Shown here one piece after another: positions 40,739 through 54,800 of a DNA stretch of 64,000 nucleotides. The notes under the pieces were generated by a model. That model made no database searches, was not told the DNA's origin, and worked only from the letters and a program-made list of their open reading frames with translations. Each line of letters begins with the position of its first letter. Within the stretch, counting starts at the first letter, position 1. The translations under genes were made by a program, and so were the position numbers. Origin of the DNA: Octopus sinensis (Eukaryota); the NCBI RefSeq assembly GCF_006345805.1, contig NC_043003.1, positions 87,668,001 to 87,732,000 on the forward strand. Direction: 5' to 3'.

Positions 40739-43700
40739 ATTGTTAAAGAAGACAACAAATGTTAAGGCAAGACAAACATCTCAAGTCATATACTCAATTA
40801 TTAATGGAAAAATTCAAAATCTTACAGCTGTTTCTGGGATATCCCAAAGTATGGGATATTCCATCATTGGTGACAAATAGGGAAAATGCGAGGGGTGTAG
40901 AGTAATGAAACGATGACAGAGGACAGGAGAAAAGGAATAAAGAAACGAAAGTGAAGAAAAAAAAGCATAAAAGTTCACAGTTCAACTTTCCAACAGTGTA
41001 GACATTAGTCCATAAGTCATCCTTAAGTGAAATCCTGAGTAAATCCATGTATGGTTATAGCCTTAATGGTGTAAAATAATGTAAATAGCCAGAGATAAAT
41101 GTGAACATATCAAAGTTTTGTAAGAGAATGGTAGTGGAGGTGGCTATAAACATATAATATACAAAAATAAACAAGAAGATGCTGTTATATTGAAAGTATT
41201 CTGTTAGTCCAAAATAACTACTTTATCAACTGCTAATACTGGAATTCAGTTATGTAACTAAGGAAGCCATAAAATAAGAAGTGGATCTTTTCTGTTTGAC
41301 TGCCAATTTTCAGTCTCTTCAATTTTTGCTCAATTGATTTCGTAACTACCTTCAGGTCACCCTTGGGCAAAGTGTAGTACCTGTAAGCCCACCCCAAGAT
41401 CACCTGCTTCAAAACAAAAACACCTACATTTAACATCAACAACTACTATGCCTCCGTATCACGAATCCTCCTTAGGGACGCCCTGACTCTAGCTAAAAAC
41501 CCAACCAACATAACCTCTTTAGATATTGATGTAATTCTATCTGCCAAGCAGACTCTCATATCCTTTGATAATAAGCTCTGGTCCCATGCTAACCTCAACA
41601 CTAATAGAAACAGACTGTACCTCTTTCAACAGCTCCACACACAATCCCCCAACATCAAAGGCAGTTTATATAGGGATGAAGCATTGTTAATTGCAACGGG
41701 CCTAACAAAATCTGCATTAGAAAGAACTAGAAAACTCTTACATAAATTCTTCACCATCTTTAAGCTATCTCTTTTGAAATCTCATACAAGACAGCAAACT
41801 TTCTAGATGTTACACTAGATTTAAACTCTTCACTTTACTTCCCTTATCATAAACCCAATCAATACCTTATGTACATAAACACAGAATCTAGCCACCATAA
41901 ATCTACTTTTGAGAGTATAATCAAAGGCACATCCATCAGAATATCTGATCTATTCACTACTGAGGAAATCATCAATAACTACGCTACTTACAACAAAGCT
42001 GTAGCTAATAGTGGTTTCTCCCAGAGGATTAGATTTATAACCAACACTAGACTTAAAGAACACCTCTCTAAATTTAACCCTAGACAAGTGCGCCCACACA
42101 CTGGATACCCAAACCCTCCCACTATAGTTGGACAATCTTGCCTGTCTAGCACCCACACACATAACACTCGATCTAAGAATACTAACATCATGCCCTCCAA
42201 CTCTCCTCTAACATACACTTGGAATTACACCTCCCCTCATTTGCCTAATAAAAGTGGTAGGAGATCTATTCTCTGGTACACACTTCCATTTGCTTTAAAT
42301 GTTAAGGGCCTTGCTAAAACATTCTTTAAGATAGTAGACTCTAATTTCCCACATAACCACAAATATCATTCAACCTTTAACAGATCTACTTTAAAATTAT
42401 CCAATTTCTCTCCACAAAATATAGAATCTATTATCACCTCATCTAACAAACGTAAACTTAGCTCTTACTGTCAAAATGCACAAAACCCTGCCATAGACCT
42501 ACACGATGAAAACATTAACACCGCTCGCCATAACATATCCAACACCCCTGGCCCTAGCACTCTGAATAACTTAAACAAACATATAATCCCCACCTCAGAG
42601 GAAAATGGGTGCATAGTTGAAACTAATGCTATTACTAATAAGAATACTGATGCTAACAATACTAACTATGCTATAACCACTACAACTACTAATACCTCCA
42701 CTACAATTACTAATAATACTATCAATAATACTAATACTACTGCCAATGGCGATATTACCATTACTGAAAATAATACTATTACTAACACTCTTACCACAAA
42801 TGCTACTAATAGTTACAATATTAATAACACTAACACCACCACTACTACTACTACAACTAATAGTAATAATAATAATAATGATGGCGATAATAATGATGGC
42901 AGTAATAATAATAATGGCAGTCATATTGATAATAGAAATAACGGCAATGATAACAACAATATCATGAATGATTCACCTAATACAACCCTAGCCTTTAGCT
43001 TGACAGATAGCAGCACTACCTCATCCCTCTCTCCAGCTAACCATCGTGGAACAGATATGAGCAACTGCAGATCTGGGACTGACTGTCTGCCACAAGCCCA
43101 ATGCAGAAGATTTAACATGGTATACCAATGCACAGTCCACAACATATTAAATAACTCCGATAGCTAATATATTGGATCAACCACTAATTTTAAACAAAGA
43201 TATTCTGCACATCCAAACTTGTTTAAATATAAAGAACATAGCAATTCCACATCACTAGCCAGTCACATACACCATCTAATTAATAGAAAAATACAATATA
43301 GGTTATCCTGGGTTATAATAGATTCTGGCATCCCATATCAGGGCCAGCATTCCATTTGTGGACCCTGCCTAAAAGAAGCCCTCAAAATTTTAACACATAA
43401 CTCACCACAATTGCTTAACGAAGCCTTCACAATGTGTAAACACAAATTGTTCTGCACTTTTAAATTCATTAATAAATCCAAATGTAAATTTACCCCCCAC
43501 CACCACCACCACCACCACATAATACTCACACACACATACCTCCATGGTCGTTAATACTTACCCTTGTATATCTCTTCTATCTCCTTTAGTACCTTATAAG
43601 ATAATTGTTAATTCTTCAATGTTAACCTATTAAATCCCCTAATATTTAGTTGTAACTCTTATTCCTAAATAATTTAACATTCAACTGGTTTCTCCATTCA

Positions 43701-44466
43701 CGACTACCTACACACTAATACCCCCAGACCTAAAGATATTTCTACAGCCACTGAACTGAGCCATAAAATGGACATAGACACTTACTACTAGATTTCCTCC
43801 CCAACCTCTACAAACTAGAAAAATAGCACTGGCACCTACTATTTTCTTTGTATCCCATCTTACTCTATTTTGTTTTCTTTACGTTATCTTCCTTTACCTC
43901 TTCCTTATTTATTTATCTTCTTGTTTAGTTTTCTATATTATATTTTTATATACTTTATTTTATCCTTCATACCAATCCTTGCTTTCCTCCTCCAATTTCT
44001 GTACCTCCTGCTTCACTACCAATACCTTCCTCTCTATTTACTTTTCTTTCTCTTTATCTCTTAATAGCCACCTCCACAACCATTCTCTTACAAAACTAGG
44101 ATACGTCCACATTTATCTCTGGATATTTACACTATTTTACAATATTAAGGCTATACCCATACATGGATTCACACGAGATTTCACTTTATGGACTAACGTC
44201 TACAATATTGGAAAGTTGAACTGTAAACTTTTATGCTTCTTTTTTTCTTCATTTCTTTATTCTTTTTCTCCTGTACTCTATGTCATCATTTCATTAATCT
44301 ATACCCTTCGCATTTTCCCTATTTGTCTCCGATGATGGAATATCCCATACTTTGGGATATCTCAGAAACAACTGTAAGACTTAGAATTTTTCCAATAATA
44401 ATAATGTATATGGCTTGAGATGTTTGTCTTGCCTTAACCTTTGTTGTCCTTTTTAACAATTATATA
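40738..44466 (+). mobile_element. Penelope-like element: inverted 5' pseudo-LTR, RT remnant, N/T-rich linker, GIY-YIG, 3' pseudo-LTR
   Basis: ~40738-41147 is the reverse complement of ~44062-44466. LYRDEALL, NFLDVTLDL..PYHKPN, ORF 41869-43167, then YIGSTTNFKQRY and STSLASHI..LSWVII..CGPCLKE. Confidence 0.88.
44325..44380 (+). ncRNA. Hammerhead motif in the PLE 3' pseudo-LTR
   Basis: GTCT-CCGATGA-(ATATCCCA/TGGGATAT stem II)-GAA-ACAACTGT-A-AGAC. The inverted copy at ~40819-40874 has ACAGCTGT. Confidence 0.7.
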
Positions 44467-44621
44467 TCCACTGTATCAGAAATCTACAACAGCTCCATAA
44501 CTTCCATCTCAGCTATGACCTTGGAGCCCTGGTAATCTGTTACAGCACTTACCCAGTATACCTAATCATTTAGATCACTTGTGAACTAAACCTCCATATT
44601 AAATATGTGTGTGTGTGTATA

Positions 44622-45898
44622 TTGGGTCATCTCATAAATAATGCAGTTCTTTCAACTGCAAGAATTAAAAGACGAAAGTGGATGTGATAAACTAACTGCA
44701 CCAACTTGCTATAAACGCAGGTAGTAATTTTACCTTCTTACTCTTTGTGCTAGTTTTGAAGAGTGCAGTTCGATTTTAACAATTATTTTTTCAAAGCTAT
44801 AATGGAAGTGACAAAGGACCATATTCAGCATATTTTCATTATGAGTTCCATAAAAGCAACAATGCAATGGAAAGTGCAAGGAATACTAATGCAATATATG
44901 GAGATCTGACTGTAAGGGTAAGCTATTGTCAATGGTGATTCCAGAAATTCCAAGCCGGAAGCTACAGCCTGGAAGACAAATCTTGTCCTGGAAGATCTGT
45001 AGATCTCGACGAGGATGTTCTCAAAATCCTGGTGGAACACAATCCCATCATAACTGTTGAAGAACTAGCAGAGAAGCTTGGATCTGGTTATTTAACCATT
45101 CATCAACACCTGCATGCCGTTGGAAAAGTCAGCAATTTGGGTCAACGGGTTATCAACACTTTCCAAGTCTAATTGCATGCAGAGAGTGAATGTGTGATCT
45201 TCTTTACTGTCATGTCTCACGAATGAGCCTTTTTTGAACCAAATAGTGACTGGTGATGAGAAGTAGGTTCTCTATAAAAATGTTGAGTACTGAAGATAGT
45301 GGGTAGGGAAAGGAGAAACACCAGCACTCCAGACTAAAGAAGGTCTTCACCCACATAAGACGTTGTTATCAGTTTGATGGTATATGAAAGGTTTAGTCCA
45401 CTTTGAATTTCTCAACTCAAACCAAGTGATAACAAAGGAGCAAGCAGCTTCAGTGGTGTAAGTCTGTGCTAGAAGAAAAACGACCATGTTTGGTTTCAAG
45501 ACAAAAGGTGTACGTCCATCAGGATAATGCTCGGCCACATACAGAGAGTATGACATTCCAAAGGCTGGAGCAGTTTGAATGGGAAATGATGCCCTACCCA
45601 CCATATTCACCAGACATTGCTCCGTTTCATTATCATTTATTCCACAGTCTTCAAAATCATTTGGACTGAAAAAATATGAACTCTGTAGATGTGGTGAGAA
45701 GAGTAGTGGAGGAGTATTTTCCGTCACAGTTAAGTGAATTTTGGAAGAGTGGCCTTGCAAGTCTATCAGATAGATGGAAGAGCATTGTAGAAAATGAAGG
45801 AAAGTATATTTTAGATTAAAAAAGAACTTTGTTTATCTTAATTTTGAAAAACAAAAGAAGTACAAAAAAAAACCCACATTATTTATAGGATGACCAGA
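44622..45898 (+). mobile_element. Full-length degenerate mariner
   Basis: TIRs TTGGGTCATCTCATAAATAATG / CATTATTTATAGGATGACCAGA. Motifs IVTGDEK, HQDNARPH and YPPYSPDIAP. Confidence 0.9.
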
Positions 45899-46246
45899 TA
45901 AGTAGATAGATGACTAATTGTTGTAACATAAAATCTCTGTTGCTAATAATCATAATGTAGAATTCTTATGCTTATTTTTTATTCTTCAGTTATTCAGTGA
46001 AGTCACCAATAGTTCAATATAAAAATAGCCTTTTTAGATTATATTTCTGTTTCTAATTACCATAATGCAGAATTCTTATGTTTGTTATTTTTTATTTCAT
46101 TATCCACTGTCGTCATCAGTATTTAAATACAGCAATGTTTTAAACTGAATTCTATCTAAGCATTCTTTTTATAGGCATGTCTGTACTAGGAATATTTCAT
46201 ATTCCACCCATAATAGATCACCTATGATCTAATCACAATGAAAAGA

Positions 46247-46654
46247 ATGTTCTCTAGAAAAATTCAGCAAACACCAGAACATAAGCGGGTAAGACTGTTC
46301 TGGTATTTGCTGAATTTTTCTAGAGAACATTCTTTTCTTTGTGGTTAGATCGTAGGTGATCTATTTCTAGCATATTGGATGTCCACTTAATGGTCATCCC
46401 TTCTTATACGCATGGAATACAATTTTTATGAATTTTCAGATTTTTCTATGTGCTAGGCCACTGGTTTTAAACTGATAATTAAATTGATATTCAATTTATC
46501 ACCCTCATTATTTAAATTAAATATATATACATATACACATATACATATATACACACATAAACATATATATATATATATATATATGTATATACATATACAC
46601 ACACATATATATATATATATATACATACATATATATATATATATATACATACAT

Positions 46655-46688
<34 letters not shown>

Positions 46689-46717
46689 CATACATAATAT
46701 ATACATATATATGTATG

Positions 46718-46770
<53 letters not shown>

Positions 46771-47141
46771 ATAATATATATATGTGTGTGTATATGTATA
46801 TACATATATATGTATATATATATATGTTTATGTGTGTATATATGTATATGTGTATATGTATATATATTTAATTTAAATAATGAGGGTGATAAATTGAATA
46901 TCAATTTAATTATTAGTTTAAAACCAGTGGCCTAGCACATAGAAAAATCTGAAAATTCATAAAAATTGTATTCCATGCGTATAAGAAGGGATGACCATTA
47001 AATGGACATCCAATATGCTAGAAATAGATCACCTACGATCTAACCACAAAGAAAAGAATGTTCTCTAGAAAAATTCAGCAAATACCAGAACAGTCTTACC
47101 CGCTTATGTTCTGGTGTTTGCTGAATTTTTCTAGAGAACAT
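46247..47141. repeat. ~0.9-kb near-perfect palindrome
   Basis: 46247-~46690 is the reverse complement of ~46710-47141, including the microsatellite. The ORF track shows mirrored ORFs on both strands. Confidence 0.92.
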
Positions 47142-47301
47142 ATACATACATATACATATATATACATATACATATAATTACATATACATATATACATACA
47201 TATATATACATATACATATAATTACATATATACATATATATACATATACATATATATACATATACATATATACATATATATACATACATATATATATATA
47301 C

Positions 47302-47335
<34 letters not shown>

Positions 47336-47337
47336 AC

Positions 47338-47376
<39 letters not shown>

Positions 47377-47409
47377 CATACATACATACATATACATACA
47401 TACATACAT

Positions 47410-47442
<33 letters not shown>

Positions 47443-47513
47443 TACATACATACATACATATACATACATATATATACATACATACATATACATACATACA
47501 TACATATATATAC

Positions 47514-47580
<67 letters not shown>

Positions 47581-47724
47581 CATACATATACATACATATA
47601 CATACATACATATACATACATACATATATATACATACATACATACATATACATACATACATATACATACATACATATATATACATACATACATATATATA
47701 CATACATACATATACATACATACA

Positions 47725-47770
<46 letters not shown>

Positions 47771-47810
47771 CATACATATATATATATACATATATATGTA
47801 TATATATATA
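47142..47810. repeat. (CATA)/(TA) microsatellite
   Basis: Direct inspection. Confidence 0.95.
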
Positions 47811-47984
47811 TAAATAATGAGGGAGATAAATTAATATTAATTTTAATATCAATTTAAAACCAGTAGTCTAGCATTCAGTAGTCTGAATTTTTCCTCTAGA
47901 GAACTTTCTTTGTAGTTTGATCGTTGATGATCTATTTCTAGCATATGGCCGACTACCTAGCAGTCTTGCCCTGCCAATATATAC

Positions 47985-48017
<33 letters not shown>

Positions 48018-48134
48018 CATATATATACATATAAATATATACATATATATATGCACACATATACATACATATATATACACACACACACACATATATACAT
48101 ACATATATATATACACACACACATATATATATAT

Positions 48135-50512
48135 GTGGGGTTGGACAAAATAATGGAAACATCTAGCATCATAGCATTATAATTTTGAAATATCTATAAA
48201 ATTATCAAAAGCTTCTTTATTTTTATGTTTTTTGATTTATTATTATTTTTGCTTAACCCTTTCGTTACTATATTTCTGACCAAATTACACCCCTTATGTG
48301 TTTCAATTAATTTCTAACGTAATCATAAATTTAGTCTGGTTTCATTAAACAACTATAACTTTTTTATTTATCGATATATTAATCTGATTTTTGGAAGATA
48401 ATTTGATGAAATATTCTCAACCAATTCTATACTATAATTTTTGTCACAAAGTGACTCTAATTGCAGGTAGATACAGGTAAATTCCACAAAATATAAAATT
48501 ATTAAAATTTTGTTCAAACATCGCTATAGAAAATGGGTTATTAGCTAATATTCAATTGGGTATACAACAAAATTTTATGATAGAATTTGTTATTCTGGGT
48601 AACTTTCTGATACCCATAATAATATTTATAGCAAAATAGTCTTAATTTCATTTAAGGTTGTGAGAAACCACAAACTATCGTTTCTTTCGCTTTGTTTACG
48701 TTTAGCGTAACGGTTCGTTTTCGCCGTAATTCGAAAAAGTAAATAGAAATAGCCTAAGGCTTTACTCTTCTGGGAAAGTCTGTGGCTTGGTCCAGTTTCT
48801 TCAGTAAAATCACCGAAAGAAACAGTTTTTAAATTTTCACTCCATTCAGGTGCCAATTCGTTTTCTTTATCGCTATCGGAGATCTCAGATTCACTGTTTT
48901 CACTTTCGGAAAATGAAACATCAGATTCATTATCAAATACCACATGCTTTTTTTTTTTTCAGTCATAGAGTTAGATTTATGAAGGTCTTCAGTAGAAAAT
49001 CCTTCGAATTCTGACTCGCTGCTTGATATAATGAAATTCGTATCCATTTTTTGTCAGAATTACAAATTTTGAAAACACAATAGGAACAAATTTCGGAAAA
49101 AAATCTCCCAAAATTCACGGAATTAAAATTACACTTCGATTATTGTACAAAACTGTAGTTGAACTGTTTACGAAGTATAATACGTGTTTTCACGAATGTA
49201 CTGAAGCGATTTGCTCTGATATTCTCATTTAAATATGAATAGGTAAATTCGGGCGGCTTTGGGCGGTTTGGTCTCATAAACCAAAATTTTTTTCGGGCGG
49301 CTTTGGGCGGTTTGGTAACGAAAGAGTTAATATGTTTTGCTAAAATTGCTGTTTCTTTTCAGATATCATCAAAAAAGGTAATTAAAATTCATTAAAATGA
49401 CAGACAGATTGGACTTTCAAAGAGTTCCAGTTTTTGGCACTCATATGGCAGGTGCTAGCATAACGAAAACAGCCGAAATGTTGAGTGCATCAAGAAGTAC
49501 TGTCTCAAAAGTAATGACAGCCTTTGAGAAAGATAAAAACTTCCTTGTCAAAACAAATCGCTGGAAGAAAACCAAAACTTTCAGATAGGGACTGTTGGCC
49601 TCTCACGCAAATTGTAAGAAAGGATCACAAAAGTAGAGCTCCTCAAATTACTGCAGAGCTTAATGACCACCTCAAGAATCCAGTTCCCACAAGAACTCTT
49701 CGCCAGGAGCTGCACAAAGCCAGATTTCATGGGAGGGCTGCAATCAGAAAACCACTACTTTCAAAAAAAAACATTGCAAAGTGTTGAGAGTGGAGTAAAC
49801 ACCTACAGAATTGGTCCCTAGAGCAGTGGAAGAATGTTATTTTCTCAGACAGGTCAACCATTACCTTATTTCCGACCTCTGGCTGAGTATACATGTGTAG
49901 ACAGCCAAAAGAAGCATTTGACTCAGACTGCCTTCTTCCAACTGATAAACATGGAAGAAGATCTGTGATGATCTGGGGGGGCTATATCTTGGAAATCCAC
50001 CAGCCCAATGGTTTCCCTTCATGGCAGAATTAATAGTTAAGACTACTTAAACGATGATGATGATGATGATGATGATGATTTAAGCATTTTATCTGATGAA
50101 ATTCATCCTATGTTTGCAGAACTGTTTCCGGAGAGAAACGCAATCTTTCAGGATAATAATTCACCAATTCACACAGCTAAAGTCATTGCAGAATGGTGCT
50201 AGGAACATTCTAGTGAAGTTGAACATCTTATCTCGCCACCACAGTCTGCAGATCTCAGTATTATTGAAAGTTTATGGTGTATTTTAGGAAAACTAGTAAG
50301 GAGTCGATATCTTCCACAATAATCACTACAAGAACTGGAGACTGTTTTAGCGGAAGAATGAACAAAAATTCCTTTGGAAACAATTCAAACTTTGTACGAG
50401 TCCATACCTCAGAGAATTCAAGCTTTAATTCCTGCCAAAGGCAGTCCTACCCCATATCAAAATAAATTTGTTTGAAATTTTAAGACGTCTCCATTACTTT
50501 ATCCAACCCCTG
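48135..50512 (+). mobile_element. Full-length Tc1 pseudogene interrupted by two insertions
   Basis: Both TIRs present (GGGGTTGGACAAAATAATGG / CCATTACTTTATCCAACCCCTG). Collinear with the 16316 copy. Confidence 0.92.
48257..49326 (-). mobile_element. Internally deleted piggyBac element nested in Tc1
   Basis: TTAA TSD (48253-48256 and 49327-49330). TIRs CCCTTTCGTTAC / GTAACGAAAGAG. Acidic transposase N-terminus (SESEFEGF..ITAKTNRYA..WFLTTLNEIK). Confidence 0.9.
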
Positions 50513-50616
50513 TATATACATATATGTACACATAAATATATATGTATGTGTATATGTGTGTATATATATACATATACACACACACACACACACATACATA
50601 TATACATATGTAAACA

Positions 50617-51025
50617 TCTCATTTAACGTCTGCTTTCCATGTTAGCATGGGTTGCACCAGGCTCCAATCTTGATCTGGCAGAATTTCTACAGCTGGATGC
50701 CCTTCCTAACACCAACCACTCTGAGAGTGTAATGGGTGCTTTTACGTACCACCAGCATGAGGGCCAGTCAGGCGGTACTGGCAACGACCACAAAAAAATT
50801 GGTTTTTTTTCTTTTTCTACATGTCACCTGCACACCGAAGCAAGTGCCAGTAAGGCGATGCTGGTAATGATCACACTCAACTGGTGCTTTTTACATGCCA
50901 CTGGCACGAACGCCAGTTTGCCGGTCTGGCAACGACTATACTTGGATGGTGCTCTTAGTGTTCCACTAGCACGGATGCCAGTCATCGAATTTGATTTCGA
51001 TTTCACTTGCCTCAACAGGTCTTTG
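50617..51025 (-). mobile_element. RTE 3' UTR fragment
   Basis: Reverse complement of the GACCTGTTGAGGCAAGTGAAATC..GACGTTAAA 3' end seen in the other RTE copies. Confidence 0.85.
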
Positions 51026-51029
51026 CAAT

Positions 51030-51084
<55 letters not shown>

Positions 51085-51086
<2 letters not shown>

Positions 51087-51738
51087 CTATATACAAGTTA
51101 TGAGAGGTAATGGTATCAATAAGATCCAAAGGTGTCAGGTAATGCTAAGTAAGTGCTATTGACAGACTGTAGTTAAGCTCCAGGTTCGGTGATTATGTGA
51201 ATGAGGAGTCCAACATAGGTCATATATCAGCATGTGTATATATAAAAAAATTAAGAGAATGAGATAAAAATCCAAGGCTGTGAAAGATTTCAGAACATTT
51301 ATAAATAGAAGTTCTTACAGATGTTTCTGGGATATTTTATATATCCCTTCATTGGTGATGGTGTGAGAAAGTGGTTAAGCAATAGTTATTCTAGATAAAT
51401 TGATAGAAGGAATGGGGAGATGAGGGTGATAGAGAGAGAAAGATATAAGAGTGTAAAGAGATGAGAAGCTAAAGAGTAAAGGAGTGTCAGGTAGAAGGAA
51501 TGAGGGTGATGGGAATAGAGAGAGAAAGCTATGAGGGTGTAAACCTGTCTATCACATTCGGAAACACTCACAAAACTGCTAATTTTCTTAACATAATTCT
51601 AAACTTATCAACCTCCCAATACTCCCCTTACCACAAACCTAACCAATATCTTAAATACCTTAACATACACAACAATCACTACAAATCCACTTTCGATAAC
51701 ATAAAGGAAGCTCAACCCACATATCCGACCTCTCTTCC

Positions 51739-51740
<2 letters not shown>
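51085..51740. mobile_element. PLE remnant: inverted pseudo-LTR-like segment with decayed hammerhead (51311-51361, minus) plus RT thumb fragment (plus)
   Basis: Minus CCAATGA-GGGATAT..ATATCCC-A-GAAACATCTGTA. Plus KTANFLNIILNL..PYHKPNQYLKY resembles the 41.8-kb element. Confidence 0.65.
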
Positions 51741-51782
<42 letters not shown>

Positions 51783-51854
51783 GCATATATATGTATATAT
51801 ATATATATATATACGTATATATGTATACATATGTATACCTATATATATATATAT

Positions 51855-54800
51855 GAATGAATTAATTTTATTTCTATGTTTTGGTTTATGTTTTTCACTG
51901 TTTGATTTGCCTAATAGTGGTTTTATCTCTAATTTAATTTATATTTATACTGTAAAATTAGATTTAATCCTAAATCTAATTTTTCCCTGTAAGTTTGGAT
52001 TTACTCCCTAATATTATTATTATTATTATAATTAATATATTGATAAATTACGTTTATTGAGTGTAATACCTCAATTTCGTAAGTTATGGAATTTACAGGT
52101 AAGATAGAACCACTATTTTGGAGTTCATCTTTGAAGGATATTCCAATACCTTCTAGAAAAGAATATGTTTTGAAACTTATTAATAATATTAAGGATTTTG
52201 TTTCTAGAATTAAATGGAAAGCCTACTATTATAACTATAATATATCTAATTTTAATGATTGTATGAATGATAATAATTTTACTTCTAATTTTAAATCTAA
52301 AAAAGAACCCCCGTATAATAGAGATTTACAGATCTTAGAAGATAATATTTGGAAGGTGGTGAAAAACATTAAATTTCATAAATACCCAAACAGAAATAAT
52401 GGATAATAAAAGAGAGAGTAAGAGATATTTAAGAAATTTAGCTATTAGAATTAAAGAAATGAGAAATATGGATGGTATTATTGTACAATCAGATAAAACT
52501 AGGAATCTATATAAATTGGATGTTAAATTATATGATAACCTTTTAGAGAAAGAGATAATTAAAAAATATAAAATTGTTCCAGATAGTACACTTTATACTA
52601 TAAATAAGGTCTCTAAATTAGTCATGATAAACTATGAGTTGGATAATAAAACTGAACCTTATGTACCTATGCACCCTAGAATTACTCTGAAAGACCATAA
52701 AGATAATTTTTATTCAGACCCTAAAGTTAGATTAATTTGTCATCAGACCTTGATAAATTGAGTAAACTCATTTTAGATAAATATATTAATAAATTAAATA
52801 AGCTTAACTATCTAAAATTATGGTTTAGTAATAATAATACTTTAAATTGGTTTTAAAATATTAAAGAAAAAAATCGGTATAAATTTATTCAAATAGATAT
52901 AGATAATTATTATTCTTCTATTAATGAAATTGTGTTTAATATTTGTAATGAATAAAGTGAGAATGACTTTTGAAGAGGTTAATGTAATTAAAATGGCTAG
53001 GAAATCGTTTATTAGATACAAAAATAAATTATGGGCTAGGAAGGATACTAGGGACTATTTTGATATACCTATGAGGGCACAAGCTACGGATTTGGTAGGT
53101 ATTTATCTATTATCTGAACTTCAATTAGAAAATTTAAAAATAGAAGGTGGTTTATATAGGGATGACCTTTTATTAATTACTAAGAATTGCACTAATAGAA
53201 ACCTAGAATTATATAAGAAAAAACTTCATAGTTTCTTTAAAAGATATGGTTTAAATATTACTATATATAATGAGAATTATTTAGATGTTAATTTTAATCT
53301 AATTACGGGTAAAACACAACCATATGATAAACTTAATGAAAACCTTAGATATATAAATGTTAATAGTAATCACCCACCATCAATTAAAAAATCATTGATT
53401 AATAATATAGGTAAACATATATCATTACTTTCTTATGATTTAGAGGTTTTTAATAAACATGCACCTTATTACAATGAGGCCCTAAGAGAGGCAGGTTATA
53501 ATAGTAATATTAAATGTTTTATTAAAAATAAAGATAAAAATATTAGTAATAATTATGTTAGTAATATTAGTAGTAATTTTAGTAATTATAAAAATAAAAA
53601 TAAAAATGAGAATAAAATTTAAAATAAGACAAATTTTAATATTAATACATTAAATGTTAATTATAATTATAATCATAAATTTAATAATATTATAAAGAAA
53701 TATAATAATAGTAATGGTAATAATAGTGATAATGGTAATAATATGATTAATTATAATAATAATAATAAGAAGAAGAAGAATAAGAAGAAGAAGAAGAAGA
53801 AGAAGAATGATAGTGATAATAATAAAAAGAATAAAAATAAGAATAAAATTTGGTTAATTGTTCCTTATGGTGCTCAAGTTAAAACGAACATTATTAAAGA
53901 GATTTTAGATATTATTGAACAATTTATTCATGATAATCATAAATATAAAAAAATTTTCTCTAGTAATAACTTTGGAGTAGGTTATTCTACCACTAATAGT
54001 GTAGGTAATATTATTTCTTCTTTTAACAAATTTAAACTGAATAATTTTTATAAAAAATAAATTTTATAATAATACCAATAATAATAAAGATAAGACACTC
54101 ATTAACTGTACTATCGCAACGGGAGCGCATGGGTTGGGAGTTTGACAGGCAGAGGTGATAAGGTTGCACATGCCAGCCCTTTTGACACCCCACCCGAACC
54201 CAAGTTGGGTTCAGGCCACAGCTAAGCCCTACCTAATCCTAACTTAAGTCTAGCAAAAGGGGGCTCAGGAGCCTCTAGTAAGCAATGACTAATCCCGATC
54301 TAGTCCTTTCCTTCTAGGGAACGAAGGTGCATGTGTAGGTTGCAACGTCTTCTCTTCACTCCAATACTTCTGTGAATACGACGTTCCTATGTGTATACAT
54401 ATATATATGTATACACATACACAGTAATACCTCACCTTATAAGAAGCGCTTTACGAGACACTGAGTTCTATTCACGAGTTTTAGCTTAAAAATAAAAGCG
54501 TACTCTGGAAAGAATTTACTCGTACGTCGAGGTGTTACTATAAATTTTTTATATAAATTTTTTTTATATATATTTATTAATCTTATAAAATTTTTAGAGT
54601 TTACATAGTAAATGGTAGTTATTAATTATTTAATTTATTTAGTATTAAGTATTATTTATCATAGTTATTTTAATAATAAATCCTATAGTATAGAGTGGTT
54701 CTATTCTTTAATTGTGACTTCATTCTATTTACATTTATTGATAAACCATAACTTTTTCCATTGACAATTTTAATTCATAATTTTCATTGATAAAGCGTAT

